A DNA stretch of 42,790 bases from a virus (taxonomy: Duplodnaviria > Caudoviricetes), in the IMG/VR virus record IMGVR_UViG_3300048855_000179, positions 1 to 42,790 of that record. One strand, written 5' to 3'. Positions 9,323 to 19,444 of this stretch are shown here, in pieces. The stretch's first letter is position 1; each line of letters starts with the position of its first letter. The notes under the pieces were generated by a model. The model searched no databases, was not told the DNA's origin, and worked only from the letters and a program-made list of their open reading frames with translations. The position numbers and the translations under genes were made by a program.

Positions 9323-10107
9323 GCGATCGCGTCCCTCACAAGCGGTGTCAGGTACGCGTTCCCACCCGGAGGCACGTCGATGTGGTGCGTCTGCGACGGC
9401 CCAGGCTGAATCTCCCACGTAGTGGCGTCCTGCCGGCCGCCGAACACGACCTGCCCGTCGACGATGAGGTCCCCGGTGTCCATCCTGATCGTGTGCGGGT
9501 GCCCGTCTGTGAGCGGCCGCGACACGAAGTAGCGAAGGTTCTCGTTGTAGATCGCGTACGTCGCGACGTTGCCCGACGCCCACTTCACCTCGAACGACGG
9601 CGGCGACTCCACGTTCCCGTGGTGGTACACCTCGACGTCCATGCCGTCGAGAACCGGGCCAAACTTCCGCACCTCGCTGGACAGCATGCGCGGCTCCGGC
9701 GCCCAAAACTGGATCTGGAACACCGCCGCGGTGCCGGCCAGGCCGATGACCTGAAACTTCGTGCGCGCAGCGAGCTGCACGTCGAGGCGGTAGGTCTGGT
9801 CGTAGTCGACGAGCAGGCGCCCCATACCGCCACCCGCGAGCACCCCGACGAGCTTGTCGCGGAGTGCCCGAAGGTGCTGCGGGGAACGGGCCAGGCAGGT
9901 GCCGCTGATGCTCAGCGTCCGCGAGGCCATGTACGCCGGCAGCGCGAACGACCCGTGCCCGCCAGGGATCTCGACCTGGTCGAGTCGCATGTCGACACCG
10001 TCGAGACCGTCGACCCCGTGCGGGCCGATCAGGTACCCGTACTCGCCGGCGGGGAGGGTGCGTTCGAAGCGGACGTCGGCGATGCGGATGCGGTGGAAGT
10101 CCATCAA
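9319..10107 (-). CDS. Distal tail (Dit-like) protein
   Basis: Immediately downstream of the tape measure gene; typical size. Confidence 0.75.
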   Translation of the reverse strand: MMDFHRIRIADVRFERTLPAGEYGYLIGPHGVDGLDGVDMRLDQVEIPGGHGSFALPAYMASRTLSISGTCLARSPQHLRALRDKLVGVLAGGGMGRLLVDYDQTYRLDVQLAARTKFQVIGLAGTAAVFQIQFWAPEPRMLSSEVRKFGPVLDGMDVEVYHHGNVESPPSFEVKWASGNVATYAIYNENLRYFVSRPLTDGHPHTIRMDTGDLIVDGQVVFGGRQDATTWEIQPGPSQTHHIDVPPGGNAYLTPLVRDAIA

Positions 10108-12248
10108 CCAAGCACCCCCGCGACGTTCGACTGCCAGTTGAGCTCGTTCATCGCGAGCTGGATGAGGGTGGCCTCATCCATGCCGTCCGACGCGTTGATC
10201 GTGAGATTAACGCCGCCGCCGGTCGCGCCGGACGTGATGTCGGGGTCGACCTGCGCGCCCGCCGGGAGGCGCAGCATTTCGGGCCCGTTCTCGCCGACGA
10301 TGACGCTGCCGGCGCGGGTGATGGTGCCGCCCTTGGCGAGCATCGGGATGTTCGGGATGGAGATGTCGATCCCGATCGCGCCGCCTACAGCGCCCGCGAC
10401 CCCGTTGATGGAGTCGATGATGTTGTTGATCACCGAGATGATCGAGTTGACGATCCCGACGATGATGTCGACGACGCCCTCGAACGCTCCCTGGACGATG
10501 CCCGCGACGGCACCGAACACGTCTCCGAAGATGCCCTGGATGGTCTGGATCGTGGTGATGATGCCGGTCCAGATGTTGGCGAGGAACGACGAGATGCCGT
10601 CCCAGATGCCAGTCCAGACCGATGCGATCGCCGCGCCCACCGTGGCGATGATCAGCTGCACCATCCCGATGTAGGTCGTGACGAACGCGACGATCCAGTT
10701 CCAGATGCTCATCACGAAGTCGCCGATGCCCTGCCACAGCCCGTTCCACCAGGCCGCGATCGCGGCGCCGATGATCTGCAGGCCGAGCATGAAGTTGTTG
10801 AAGGTGTCGGTGACGAAGCCGATCCACCCGTTCCACAGGTCAGTGACGAAGCCGATGAACCCGGCCCACACGCCGTTCCACCAGCCGGCGAAGCCCTCCA
10901 TCACGCCGGTGAACCAGCCGACGAAGCCTTCCCAGGCGTCAGTGAGGAACGCGATGACCTTGTCCCAGTTCATGATCAGCAGCACGATCGCGGCGATGAG
11001 CGCGACGACGGCGAGGATGATCCAGGTGATCGGGTTGGCGAGCAGCGCGGTGTTCATCGCCCACGTGGCGATCGTGACGCCGATGAACGCGAGGGCGAGA
11101 ACGCCCATGGCGATGGCGAACGCCTGGATGACGATCGGGTTGTCGCCGAGGAACTCGCCGAAGTTCTGCAGGAACGGCATGATGCCGGTGAGGGCGTCGC
11201 CGAGGCCGGTGAAGATCGCGGTGGCCAGCGGCTCGATCGCGATCATCGCCTGGTTCATGACGGTCTGCCACTTCTCGGCGAAGTCGGCGGTGTCCTCCCC
11301 GACGCCGAGGATGGTGTCTCCGGTCGCGCCGGTGGCGCCCATGAGGTCGTCCATGCTGAGCGCACCGGCGTCGAGCGCGCCGACGAACTGCGCGGCACCC
11401 TTGGTGCCGAACACCTGCGACGCGAGGTCGAGCGCGGACGCCTTATCGCCTGCAGCGATGAAGCCCTGCAGCTCGCCGATGACCCGCTGGTACGCCTCGG
11501 CCGGCTGCTCGCCGTCCTTCGCGAGGGTGACCATGCCCTTCGACATCGACGCCATGATCGCGGACGAATTCAGGCCCGCCTTGTCGAACGTTCCCGCCAT
11601 CGCGACGGTGTCCTCGAAGCTGAAGCCGAGGGTCTGCATCGCGGGGGCGACGGCCTGCGCGCCGGAAGCGAGCTCGTTCATGCCGACGCCGGTGGCCTGC
11701 GACACCTGGAAGAGGGTGTCCATGGCGGCCGAGACGCCGTCGCCGCTGATGCCGAACGCGTTGAAGGCCGCAGTGGTGCCGGCGACGTCGACGTCCTGAC
11801 CGAGAACACGGCCCGCCTCGAGGTACTGCGAGGCGACCGTTTCGAGGGTGTCGCCGGAGAGACCGAGGCGGGTGTTCAGGTCCGCAACGACGGGGCCGAT
11901 CTTGTCGAACTCGGCGGGGACGGACGCTCCGACGTTCTTCGCGACGTCGACAAGCCCGTCAAGGGCTGCACCCTGCGCACCGGTCCCGGTTCGGATCGTG
12001 TCGGTGACGTCGTCGAAGGTCGCGCCGACCTCGTAGAGGCCCTTGAACGCGCCCGCGGCGGCGACACCGATACCGGCAGCGCCAACCGCGAGCTTCGCCT
12101 TCGTCGACCAGCCCTTGCCGGCCTTGTCGCCCTCGTCCTCAGCGGCCTTCGTCCCCGGGAAGAACTGCTCCGTGATCGACTCCTGGACGCCCTCCAGCGT
12201 CGGAACGACCCGGACCCAGACTGTTGCGAGCTCCACTCCCTCTGCCAC
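10104..12248 (-). CDS. Tape measure protein
   Basis: 714 aa, Ala/Gly-rich, NPITW and Trp-periodic repeats, C-terminal LAKGG..VGENGPE. Confidence 0.95.
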   Translation of the reverse strand: MAEGVELATVWVRVVPTLEGVQESITEQFFPGTKAAEDEGDKAGKGWSTKAKLAVGAAGIGVAAAGAFKGLYEVGATFDDVTDTIRTGTGAQGAALDGLVDVAKNVGASVPAEFDKIGPVVADLNTRLGLSGDTLETVASQYLEAGRVLGQDVDVAGTTAAFNAFGISGDGVSAAMDTLFQVSQATGVGMNELASGAQAVAPAMQTLGFSFEDTVAMAGTFDKAGLNSSAIMASMSKGMVTLAKDGEQPAEAYQRVIGELQGFIAAGDKASALDLASQVFGTKGAAQFVGALDAGALSMDDLMGATGATGDTILGVGEDTADFAEKWQTVMNQAMIAIEPLATAIFTGLGDALTGIMPFLQNFGEFLGDNPIVIQAFAIAMGVLALAFIGVTIATWAMNTALLANPITWIILAVVALIAAIVLLIMNWDKVIAFLTDAWEGFVGWFTGVMEGFAGWWNGVWAGFIGFVTDLWNGWIGFVTDTFNNFMLGLQIIGAAIAAWWNGLWQGIGDFVMSIWNWIVAFVTTYIGMVQLIIATVGAAIASVWTGIWDGISSFLANIWTGIITTIQTIQGIFGDVFGAVAGIVQGAFEGVVDIIVGIVNSIISVINNIIDSINGVAGAVGGAIGIDISIPNIPMLAKGGTITRAGSVIVGENGPEMLRLPAGAQVDPDITSGATGGGVNLTINASDGMDEATLIQLAMNELNWQSNVAGVLG

Positions 12249-12896
12249 CGTGAGCCTCCTCGCCTGCCTGGTCCCACCAGGCGTCGAATGCGGAGATCGC
12301 GATGGGCTCGGAACCGAGCTTCTGCGACTTGGACTTCAGCCACGGCCGCTCGAGCGGCTTCGGGCGGGGGATCGTCTTCTTCGGGTTGATCTGCTTCTGC
12401 AGCAACCAGTTCGCCTGCTGGAGCAGGTCGTACAGGCCCGCGAGAAGCTGGTCGGTGATCGACCAGTGCGTGCCGTGCAGCGACGTCGCGATCGCCGAGG
12501 TGGGGTCGCGTTGGAACCCGCGCACGAGGACGTACAGGTCGCGCCAGGAGAGCCTGTCCGTGCCGACGTCGCCGAGACGGTAGCCGGCACGGAGCAGGTC
12601 GTACTCGATCGCTTCGCCGTGCTCCCCGGTTACGAAGTCGAGGAGCCCGAGGATTCCCCCAGGCCCACACCCGATGCGTCACGCCACGCGGTCGCGAAGT
12701 CGTTGAACTGGCCGCGGTCGAGATCGTCGAGGTGCTGCAGGTCCTCATCCGAGCAAATCGACTCGAGGAGGGTGAACATCTGGTCCGCCTGCGGCAGCTT
12801 CCGGGTCGCGCGGATCACGCCGAGCTTGATGTTGTTGAAGTGGGGCAGGACGATCTCGTAGCCGTCCGGCAGGGTGTGGTGGAACTGCTCCATCAT
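12139..12896 (-). CDS. Tail assembly chaperone with -1 frameshift extension (short form 12630..12896)
   Basis: GGGGGAA slippery site at about 12654-12660; the -1 frame reads ILGLLDF...AIEYDLLRAG into ORF 12139..12525. Confidence 0.8.
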
Positions 12897-12974
12897 CGGG
12901 AACCTCTCAGTGGGTGGGAACCTGTTCGGCACCGGCCGAGGCGGGTTCCCGGTCGCCTCGACCGGTGGTTGGTG

Positions 12975-13562
12975 CTACGCCGAGACGACCTGGCCGTCGT
13001 CGGTGTAGATGTAGGCGTGCTTGCCCGCGGCGTCGGCGAGGCACGCGAGGGTCACCGGGAGGGTGATCGCGTTGTCGCGCACCAGGGGCAGCTCGCCGCG
13101 CGAGGCGACGACACCGTGGGGGACGAAGACCAAGGCTCGGCGCTTGCCGTCCTTGATCTTGAAGTAGTACGCGCGGGTCTCGCCCTCGAGGCGACCGATG
13201 GCCATGCGCATCTGGTTGCCGTGCTCGCTGGTCGCGGCGACGACGTCGACATTCTCCGACCCGGCGTAGGTGGTCGCGGACTCCTCGTTCAGCTCGAGGT
13301 GGGTCCACCCGACCTCGTTGGTGAACTCGGTGATGACGCGGCGGATCTCCGCACCGGACCAGTCCTTGATCGACTCGTTCGAGTCATTCGGGGTGAGGGT
13401 CACGCCGTCCTCGTTCACGTACCCGGAGGAGTCCAGGCCGGTGAACACGAAGTCGTCGAGCTGCGCGGGGATGGTGTCGGTCTCGGGGCCGGTAAGGATG
13501 GCGCCGGTGGTCTTCTGGTCGGGGGCGCCGATGAAGACGTTGTTGCTGCTGGGTGCACCCAT
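12975..13562 (-). CDS. Major tail protein
   Basis: GYVNEDGVT..IKDWSG motif; position. Confidence 0.9.
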   Translation of the reverse strand: MGAPSSNNVFIGAPDQKTTGAILTGPETDTIPAQLDDFVFTGLDSSGYVNEDGVTLTPNDSNESIKDWSGAEIRRVITEFTNEVGWTHLELNEESATTYAGSENVDVVAATSEHGNQMRMAIGRLEGETRAYYFKIKDGKRRALVFVPHGVVASRGELPLVRDNAITLPVTLACLADAAGKHAYIYTDDGQVVSA

Positions 13563-13630
13563 GTGCGTTGCCCCTTTCAGAAGGCATGGCGATGCGCCGG
13601 CCCGGTCGGGTCGGTGCGGAAGGCGGGAAC

Positions 13631-14047
13631 CTAGACCGCTGTCTTTCGCAGATCAGCGGAAATCGAGAAGGTGTACCGGTACCAGCCGGGCACCTGCGGG
13701 TTGGGGAGGTTCTGGGGCCGGCCAAAGAGGTCGACTCGGTAGCAGGGCACCCCGCCCATGTCGCCGTCGCGGGCGCACGCTTCGAAGATCGCACGAGCCT
13801 TCGCAGCGAGACGCTCAGCACGAACCTCGCCGCGCGCGTACGCCTCGACCGTGATCGTCGGCTGGTCGGTGACCATGTCGCGGTCGCCACCACCTGTGAC
13901 GATGACGCGGAAGAACTCGCTGGGCGCGGTCTTCGGGATCGACGTCGACGCCGGAATCGCGGTTGCTTCACCAGCGTCGGGAAGCCTTGTTTTCAGGGCG
14001 GCGAGGGCTGCCTTCTCGGCATCCTCGGCGACCAGTAGCTCGCTCAC
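13631..14047 (-). CDS. Tail terminator
   Basis: Position; TGGG..DQPTITVEAYA, RYTF. Confidence 0.75.
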   Translation of the reverse strand: MSELLVAEDAEKAALAALKTRLPDAGEATAIPASTSIPKTAPSEFFRVIVTGGGDRDMVTDQPTITVEAYARGEVRAERLAAKARAIFEACARDGDMGGVPCYRVDLFGRPQNLPNPQVPGWYRYTFSISADLRKTAV

Positions 14048-14310
14048 CGGCCCGCGTCGATCGATCGGGTGAGGGTGCGGTCCTCAGCTTCAGCACGGCG
14101 AGCCTCGAACGTGGCCGAGGTCACGTAGCCCATGGCGCGGCCGAGCTTGGACGAACCGCCCTTCACCTCGACGCGCGCCTCGAAGCCCTCGCCTGCGGCG
14201 GCGGCGATGCGGTGCGTGCGCTCCTCGAGGTCGCCGGCGACCTCGGGTCCGGACAGCAGGGCGCGCATGGCGGCCGAGTCGAACTTGATCGTCGTGGTGG
14301 ACTTCGCCAT
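14044..14310 (-). CDS. Head-tail joining / neck protein
   Basis: Position; 88 aa; C-terminal EAEDRTLTRSID. Confidence 0.7.
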   Translation of the reverse strand: MAKSTTTIKFDSAAMRALLSGPEVAGDLEERTHRIAAAAGEGFEARVEVKGGSSKLGRAMGYVTSATFEARRAEAEDRTLTRSIDAGR

Positions 14311-14313
14311 CGG

Positions 14314-14643
14314 TCAGCCCTCCCATGTCTTCAACAGGATCAGCAGATGCTTCACTGCGGGGCTGCCCGGCCAGGGGGCCGGCTTCCCGTCGACGGCATA
14401 GTCGGTGCCGAAGAGCTCGACATCGTCGGTCGCGATCACGTCGGGATGCCCGGGGGCCTGGACGGTCCATTGGATCAACGAGCCGTCGCGATTCTGCAGG
14501 TCTTCCTGCGTGGCACCGGGCTGAGCGTCACACCCTCGGATCACGAGAACAGCCGGGTCGACCGATCGGTCGGAGTACTGTCCACCGTGCCCGTCGTCGA
14601 TGAGCGGGTACCGCTTGCGGGTGATGGTGAAGTTGTCGATCAC
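14314..14643 (-). CDS. Head-to-tail stopper
   Basis: DGHGG, AQPG, YAVDGKP, terminal WEG. Confidence 0.75.
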   Translation of the reverse strand: MIDNFTITRKRYPLIDDGHGGQYSDRSVDPAVLVIRGCDAQPGATQEDLQNRDGSLIQWTVQAPGHPDVIATDDVELFGTDYAVDGKPAPWPGSPAVKHLLILLKTWEG

Positions 14644-15215
14644 GGCAGCCTCGCAAGGCGGTACTCGGCCAGGGCGTCCTTCTCGTGTCCGAGCAGGACG
14701 GTGCCGCCGGCGACGCCGGTCGCGGTGAGTGAGTGCGTGACCGAGCGCTGCCCGGACTGCTCGCGCGTGTAGCCCAGCGGCGCTCCGAGAGCCCGGGAGG
14801 CCATCATCAGCACGAGGTCGACGATGTCTTCGGGGATCTGCTCCGGGTCGTCCTCGTTGTCAGTCTCGGGGAGGGTGTACCCGTGGGTGAAGGTGACGAC
14901 CGGGGCGATGCCGCTGATGTCGGACCATCCGGTGTCCGCATCGAACTCGACCGGGTTCGCGTCGAGGTCGACGGCGTGGCCTGCGACGGTCAGTGAGTTG
15001 ATGGTGTTGATGTGCAGCGACGGCAGGAACAGTTGCCCGCCCGGGTCGCCGTTGTACCGGTAGACGGTCTGCATGACTGGCGCGATGTGCCAGCCGCAGT
15101 AGCTGCGGATGATCCTCGATGCCGCACGGAGCGCGAGCTCAAGGAAGGGAGTGTCGGCGGGGATGGCGCCCTGTGAGCGCTCCGCCATTTGGTCGGCAGT
15201 CGCGAACGGCTTCAT
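14640..15215 (-). CDS. Head-to-tail adaptor
   Basis: IRSYCGWHIAP, FTHGY motifs. Confidence 0.85.
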   Translation of the reverse strand: MKPFATADQMAERSQGAIPADTPFLELALRAASRIIRSYCGWHIAPVMQTVYRYNGDPGGQLFLPSLHINTINSLTVAGHAVDLDANPVEFDADTGWSDISGIAPVVTFTHGYTLPETDNEDDPEQIPEDIVDLVLMMASRALGAPLGYTREQSGQRSVTHSLTATGVAGGTVLLGHEKDALAEYRLARLP

Positions 15216-15227
15216 CCCCGCCTCCTC

Positions 15228-15389
15228 TCAGTTCTGCGCGGGCGCGGGGGCCTGCTTGTTCTGGGGGGCCTGGGCCGCCTTGGTGGCCTTGACCTCCTTG
15301 GCGTCCTTGTACTGCTTGGCGTCCTCGTCGGACAGCTGCAGGGTGTGCGGGAGGCCGTTGATCTCGACTTCGTACTGCTTGAGAGCCAT
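15228..15389 (-). CDS. Small protein after capsid (53 aa, MALKQYEVEINGLPHTLQLSDEDAK...)
   Basis: Read manually; RBS present; below the ORF-track length cutoff. Confidence 0.7.
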   Translation of the reverse strand: MALKQYEVEINGLPHTLQLSDEDAKQYKDAKEVKATKAAQAPQNKQAPAPAQN

Positions 15390-15451
15390 GTGCTCTCTCC
15401 TTCCTGGTGGGAGGGGGTGGGGCCGACTGGCGACCCCACCCGTGGGAACTG

Positions 15452-16672
15452 CTAGGAGAGGACGACCTTGACGACCGCCGAGGGGATGCGGGCCGCGAGA
15501 GCGACACGCTCCTCGATGCGGGTGGTCACGATGTTCTTCGTGAACTTCCCGAGGTCGCTGTTGGTCGACTCGACGCGCACACCACCCTTGCGGTACACGG
15601 TCGCGGCGGCCTTGAACGCGCCGACGACGACGGTCTTGGCCGGCACCGCGGCGGACACCACGGTGGGGACGCCCCAGAGCGGCGGCTGGAACGACAGGCC
15701 GCCGTTGCCGTACTCACCGGAGAAGAAGCCCCCGCCGAAGTACTGCCCGTTAGCGTCCTTCGACAGGCGCAGCGCCTGGTAGTCGGCCGGGTTGATGATG
15801 ATGCCGTCGGCGGTGAGGCCGGTGGCGGTCTGCACCGCGGTCAGGGCGCGGAACACCGCGTCCTGGGCGCTCTCACCGGTGAACCCGGTGGAGGCCTGGG
15901 TGACGACCTGCACGCCCGACCGGTTGAGGAGACCGGTCAGGTTGCTGCCGGTGCCGTCGCCGGAGAGGAGCTGCGCTTCCTCGGCGAGGGACAGCAGGTA
16001 GGTGCCCCGGTTGTTGATCTCCGAGACCATGAACGGGACGTCCTCGATCATCTCGTCCGAGGTGTCGAACCACGCGGCGATCTTCTTGAGAGCGTCGGTG
16101 ACCGCGGTCGGGTTGATGACGTGGATCTGCGGCTTCTGGCCACCCTCCGCGACGGTAGCGAAGGCTCCCTCGACGGCACCCTCCACGTAGTACGTGATCG
16201 CGGAGCCGTTGATGTTGCCGACACCGAGGAGGTCCGAGACGACCGGGCGACGGTACGCCTGGACGATGGTCCGGTCGACGTCGGTGACGACGGCGCCGAA
16301 GGCGGAACCGACCGTGTTGGGGTCGGTGTTCGCCTTAAACTCGGGCGCCTCCACGGTGCGACCGCGGCTCTTGAGCGACGCGAAGCCGCTCTCGCCGATC
16401 GCCTTGGCGAAGTGCTCACCGAGCGACTTGGCCTGGCCGGCGGGGGTGGTGTCGGTGGCCTCGACCTCGGACTTCATGCCACCGATGGACTCCATCAGCG
16501 CCGCGGACTTCTCCGAGCGCTCGATCTTGCCCTTCAGCTCGAGCGCCTCGCTCGACTTGGTCTCGAGGAGAGTAACTTCCTCGTCGGTCAGCTCGCGCTC
16601 GGCCGCCTTGGCGCCGTTCACGATGTCCTGGCACGCCTTCTGCAGGGCTGCCAGCTTTTCCTTCGGGTTCAC
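15452..16672 (-). CDS. Major capsid protein, HK97 type
   Basis: N-terminal coiled-coil delta domain; VAEGGQKP, LLSGDG, LWGVP. Confidence 0.95.
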   Translation of the reverse strand: MNPKEKLAALQKACQDIVNGAKAAERELTDEEVTLLETKSSEALELKGKIERSEKSAALMESIGGMKSEVEATDTTPAGQAKSLGEHFAKAIGESGFASLKSRGRTVEAPEFKANTDPNTVGSAFGAVVTDVDRTIVQAYRRPVVSDLLGVGNINGSAITYYVEGAVEGAFATVAEGGQKPQIHVINPTAVTDALKKIAAWFDTSDEMIEDVPFMVSEINNRGTYLLSLAEEAQLLSGDGTGSNLTGLLNRSGVQVVTQASTGFTGESAQDAVFRALTAVQTATGLTADGIIINPADYQALRLSKDANGQYFGGGFFSGEYGNGGLSFQPPLWGVPTVVSAAVPAKTVVVGAFKAAATVYRKGGVRVESTNSDLGKFTKNIVTTRIEERVALAARIPSAVVKVVLS

Positions 16673-16693
16673 GAGTGACCCCTTCCTCGCTCC

Positions 16694-17467
16694 TCAGAGC
16701 GTCTGGATGTACTGGTTGACTGCCAGTGCTCGGGCGGACGGGCTGACACCGGACTCCTCCGACTTGGCCCGCTCGGGCTCCTCGTCGTTGGTCACGGCTT
16801 GACCGCTGGCCTTCTCCTGGTCATCGCCCGCCTCGATCTGAGACAGGACGTTCTTGAGAGCGGAGCGGGTCGAGTCCAACGACTCGATCGCGCCCCGCAG
16901 GGTTTCCTCGTTCTTCGCAGAGAGGACACGACCCGCCTTCGCAGCGGTGGCGAAGTCCTCGGCCATCGCCTTGATCGCGACGATCGAGGTGTCCTGGTTC
17001 GCGCCGATGGGCACGAACGAGAACTCGTACACCTTCAGCTTCCGAAGCTCGTTGACCTTCCGGCCATCGTCGAGCTGCACAGCGCCCTCGTCAAGCACGT
17101 CGTACGCGAACGACAGCTGCGCGAGCCGGCCGGACTTCGCGAGCCGGTACGTCTGCGGGCCCTTGGGCGACTCGAGGTCGAAGGCACCCTTGACGCGCCA
17201 CCCGATCTCGTCTTCCGCCATGTCCGCGCCGACGGCACCACCGACGAAGAAGTCAGGGTCGTCCATGCGGTGCCCGTACAGGGCGGGCATGGTCAGCCCC
17301 GAGGCGGTCCACTCGGCAATGGTGTCGGCGAACGCTCCCGGAGCGACGATGTCACCGTAGGAGTCGGGCTCCTTGATGAACGTCGACGGGTAGACGATGA
17401 ACTCGCCTTCGAGCAGCCCGTCGTCGGGGCCGGCCTTGATGCGCACCGGCATCTGCTTGGTCTTCAT
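16694..17467 (-). CDS. HK97-family prohead protease
   Basis: DSYGDIV.PGAF, YGH, LSFAY, YEFSFVPIGAN. Confidence 0.95.
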   Translation of the reverse strand: MKTKQMPVRIKAGPDDGLLEGEFIVYPSTFIKEPDSYGDIVAPGAFADTIAEWTASGLTMPALYGHRMDDPDFFVGGAVGADMAEDEIGWRVKGAFDLESPKGPQTYRLAKSGRLAQLSFAYDVLDEGAVQLDDGRKVNELRKLKVYEFSFVPIGANQDTSIVAIKAMAEDFATAAKAGRVLSAKNEETLRGAIESLDSTRSALKNVLSQIEAGDDQEKASGQAVTNDEEPERAKSEESGVSPSARALAVNQYIQTL

Positions 17468-17481
17468 TCCGATCCCTTCGG

Positions 17482-19431
17482 TCAGGTGGTGATGCTGATC
17501 TCGACGTCGCAGCTGCAACCAGCGACCTCGTCGACGTCAAGCGCCGAGGAGTCACCAGGCCAAGCGGCGCCGTTCGAGAAGGTGGAGTCCATCGGCACGG
17601 TCTCCCCGTTCAGGGAGGCATGCGACGGACGCGGATTCGATGAGGTGACGACCCACGTCTTCTCGGCGCCACCGTTCTGACGGCCAACCTCGACCGTCGA
17701 GAACGCAGTGACGGTCGTGACGAGCGTGAGCCCTGCCTTCGCGGCGCGTTCTCCCTCGGCGAGGTCGAAGACATGGCCGGGACCGTCCGCGCCTTCGGGG
17801 CCGTCGCCGTCGAGGATGGCGCTGACTTGGTCGCGGGTTGTGCCGTTGATGGCGTCAGCCCGCTTGTCGGCGATCGCGCGGAGGAACGCGTACGTCTGCT
17901 CGGCGTTGTACTGGTCGGCGTCGAGGCCCGCGCCAGCGAGAACTGACTTCGCGACGGCCAACGACACGGTCGCCGAGAGCGCGTAGAGGTCGTCGGAGAG
18001 TTCCGAGTTCCATCGCTCCTCGTCCCACCACTCGGGAGCCTTCGACCCCAGACGGGCCAGGACCGATGCGCGCTGCCGCTTGAAGAACGAGCGCAGCACC
18101 TTTTCGGCCTTCACGACGTGGTTCGGGTTTCGCTGCGCCTTCACGCGACGGGTCGGAGCCTTGATCTGCGGCAGCTCCCCGAGATCCTTCGGGCCCTCGT
18201 TCTGCGTCCCCGAGTCCTGCGGTGACGCCTGCCCGCCCACGAGGACGTTCAGGGGGATCACGAGCTCGTCTCCGCCTTCGAGGGCGGGAAGGTTCTGCTT
18301 CGCGCGCACCTCGTTGCGAGTCATCCACGGTGCGCCAGCGGACTGGGACAGAACCGTGGCCTGCTCCTCGAAGTCGCCCTGCAGCTTCTCCGCGATGTTG
18401 AACTCCACGTACACCGGCGAGTCACCGGCGATACGGGGCACGAGGAACGTGTTGATGCGGTCCTCGATCATCGCGAGCGTCGGCCCGAGCGTCTCGGAGT
18501 AGAGCATCTTCCGGAACTCTTTCGTGTTCGAGAAGTTCGCGTTGTCGAGGATGCCGACCATGACCGGGTTGACGTGGTAGACGCCGGCGATCGTGGACAG
18601 CGACAGCTTCGAGACCTCGACCCACTCCTCCTCGCGAGCGGAGAAGCCAAGCCGCTTGAGCTCCATGCCCTCCTCGAGGATGGGAGTGCCGCCGGCCTTG
18701 GCGCCGTCGATGCCGGTCCACCGCTTCTTCCACTCCTCGGCGAAGGCCTTGCGAGCGTTGTCGGACCAGTTCGAACCGGCGGGGCGCGTGAGGTACGCGC
18801 CCACGCGGCCGCCGCGCTGCCAGATCTGCTCCCGGTACGACCATGCCTGCACCTGCTCGGCGAGGATCTGCTTCAGGGTCTCGATCGGCGAGGCGCCGTG
18901 CTTGGGCTTGCCCGGGTTCCAGCCGTGGAAGACGAGCATGTTCTCGGCGGGGATCTGCGTGCGCGTGCCGTCGGGGTTCTGGATGGTGTAGCCGGCCGCG
19001 GCGAAGAAGTTCCCGCCGCGCTGCTCGACAACCCAGGACGACGGGATCGGCTGGACGGACCATCCGGCGGGCGCGTTGGCGTCCTCGTAGAAGAACCAGT
19101 AGGCGATGTCGTAGAGCCCGAGGTCGGAGACCAGGGATTCGAGGAGCTCGTAACCGGTCATGTTCGCGTTGGGCCGCTTCAGCAGCAGCGCGAGCGGGCC
19201 GGTGCGGAGGCGCCGGCGGTCGTTGTCGTCGATTCGCTCGAACGCGTGCAGCCCGAGGTGGGCGACGTTGCGGGCGACGAACGACAGCACGATGCGCAGG
19301 TGCGGCTGCGTGCGGAACAGCTCCTCCGGGGTCAGTCCGAGGATCATGCTCCGGAAGGTGGGCCCGAAGTACTGGATATTCGGGGTACCGTCCATGCCCA
19401 TCAGGGAGGCCAGAGCTTCACGTACGCCCAC
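17482..19431 (-). CDS. Portal protein fused to a MuF-like domain
   Basis: HK97 portal motifs (RPNANMT, MTRNEVR) plus C-terminal KTW..PRPSH..NGE..WPGD..GCSC. Confidence 0.9.
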   Translation of the reverse strand: MGVREALASLMGMDGTPNIQYFGPTFRSMILGLTPEELFRTQPHLRIVLSFVARNVAHLGLHAFERIDDNDRRRLRTGPLALLLKRPNANMTGYELLESLVSDLGLYDIAYWFFYEDANAPAGWSVQPIPSSWVVEQRGGNFFAAAGYTIQNPDGTRTQIPAENMLVFHGWNPGKPKHGASPIETLKQILAEQVQAWSYREQIWQRGGRVGAYLTRPAGSNWSDNARKAFAEEWKKRWTGIDGAKAGGTPILEEGMELKRLGFSAREEEWVEVSKLSLSTIAGVYHVNPVMVGILDNANFSNTKEFRKMLYSETLGPTLAMIEDRINTFLVPRIAGDSPVYVEFNIAEKLQGDFEEQATVLSQSAGAPWMTRNEVRAKQNLPALEGGDELVIPLNVLVGGQASPQDSGTQNEGPKDLGELPQIKAPTRRVKAQRNPNHVVKAEKVLRSFFKRQRASVLARLGSKAPEWWDEERWNSELSDDLYALSATVSLAVAKSVLAGAGLDADQYNAEQTYAFLRAIADKRADAINGTTRDQVSAILDGDGPEGADGPGHVFDLAEGERAAKAGLTLVTTVTAFSTVEVGRQNGGAEKTWVVTSSNPRPSHASLNGETVPMDSTFSNGAAWPGDSSALDVDEVAGCSCDVEISITT

Positions 19432-19444
19432 TGTGGCCTCCTTC

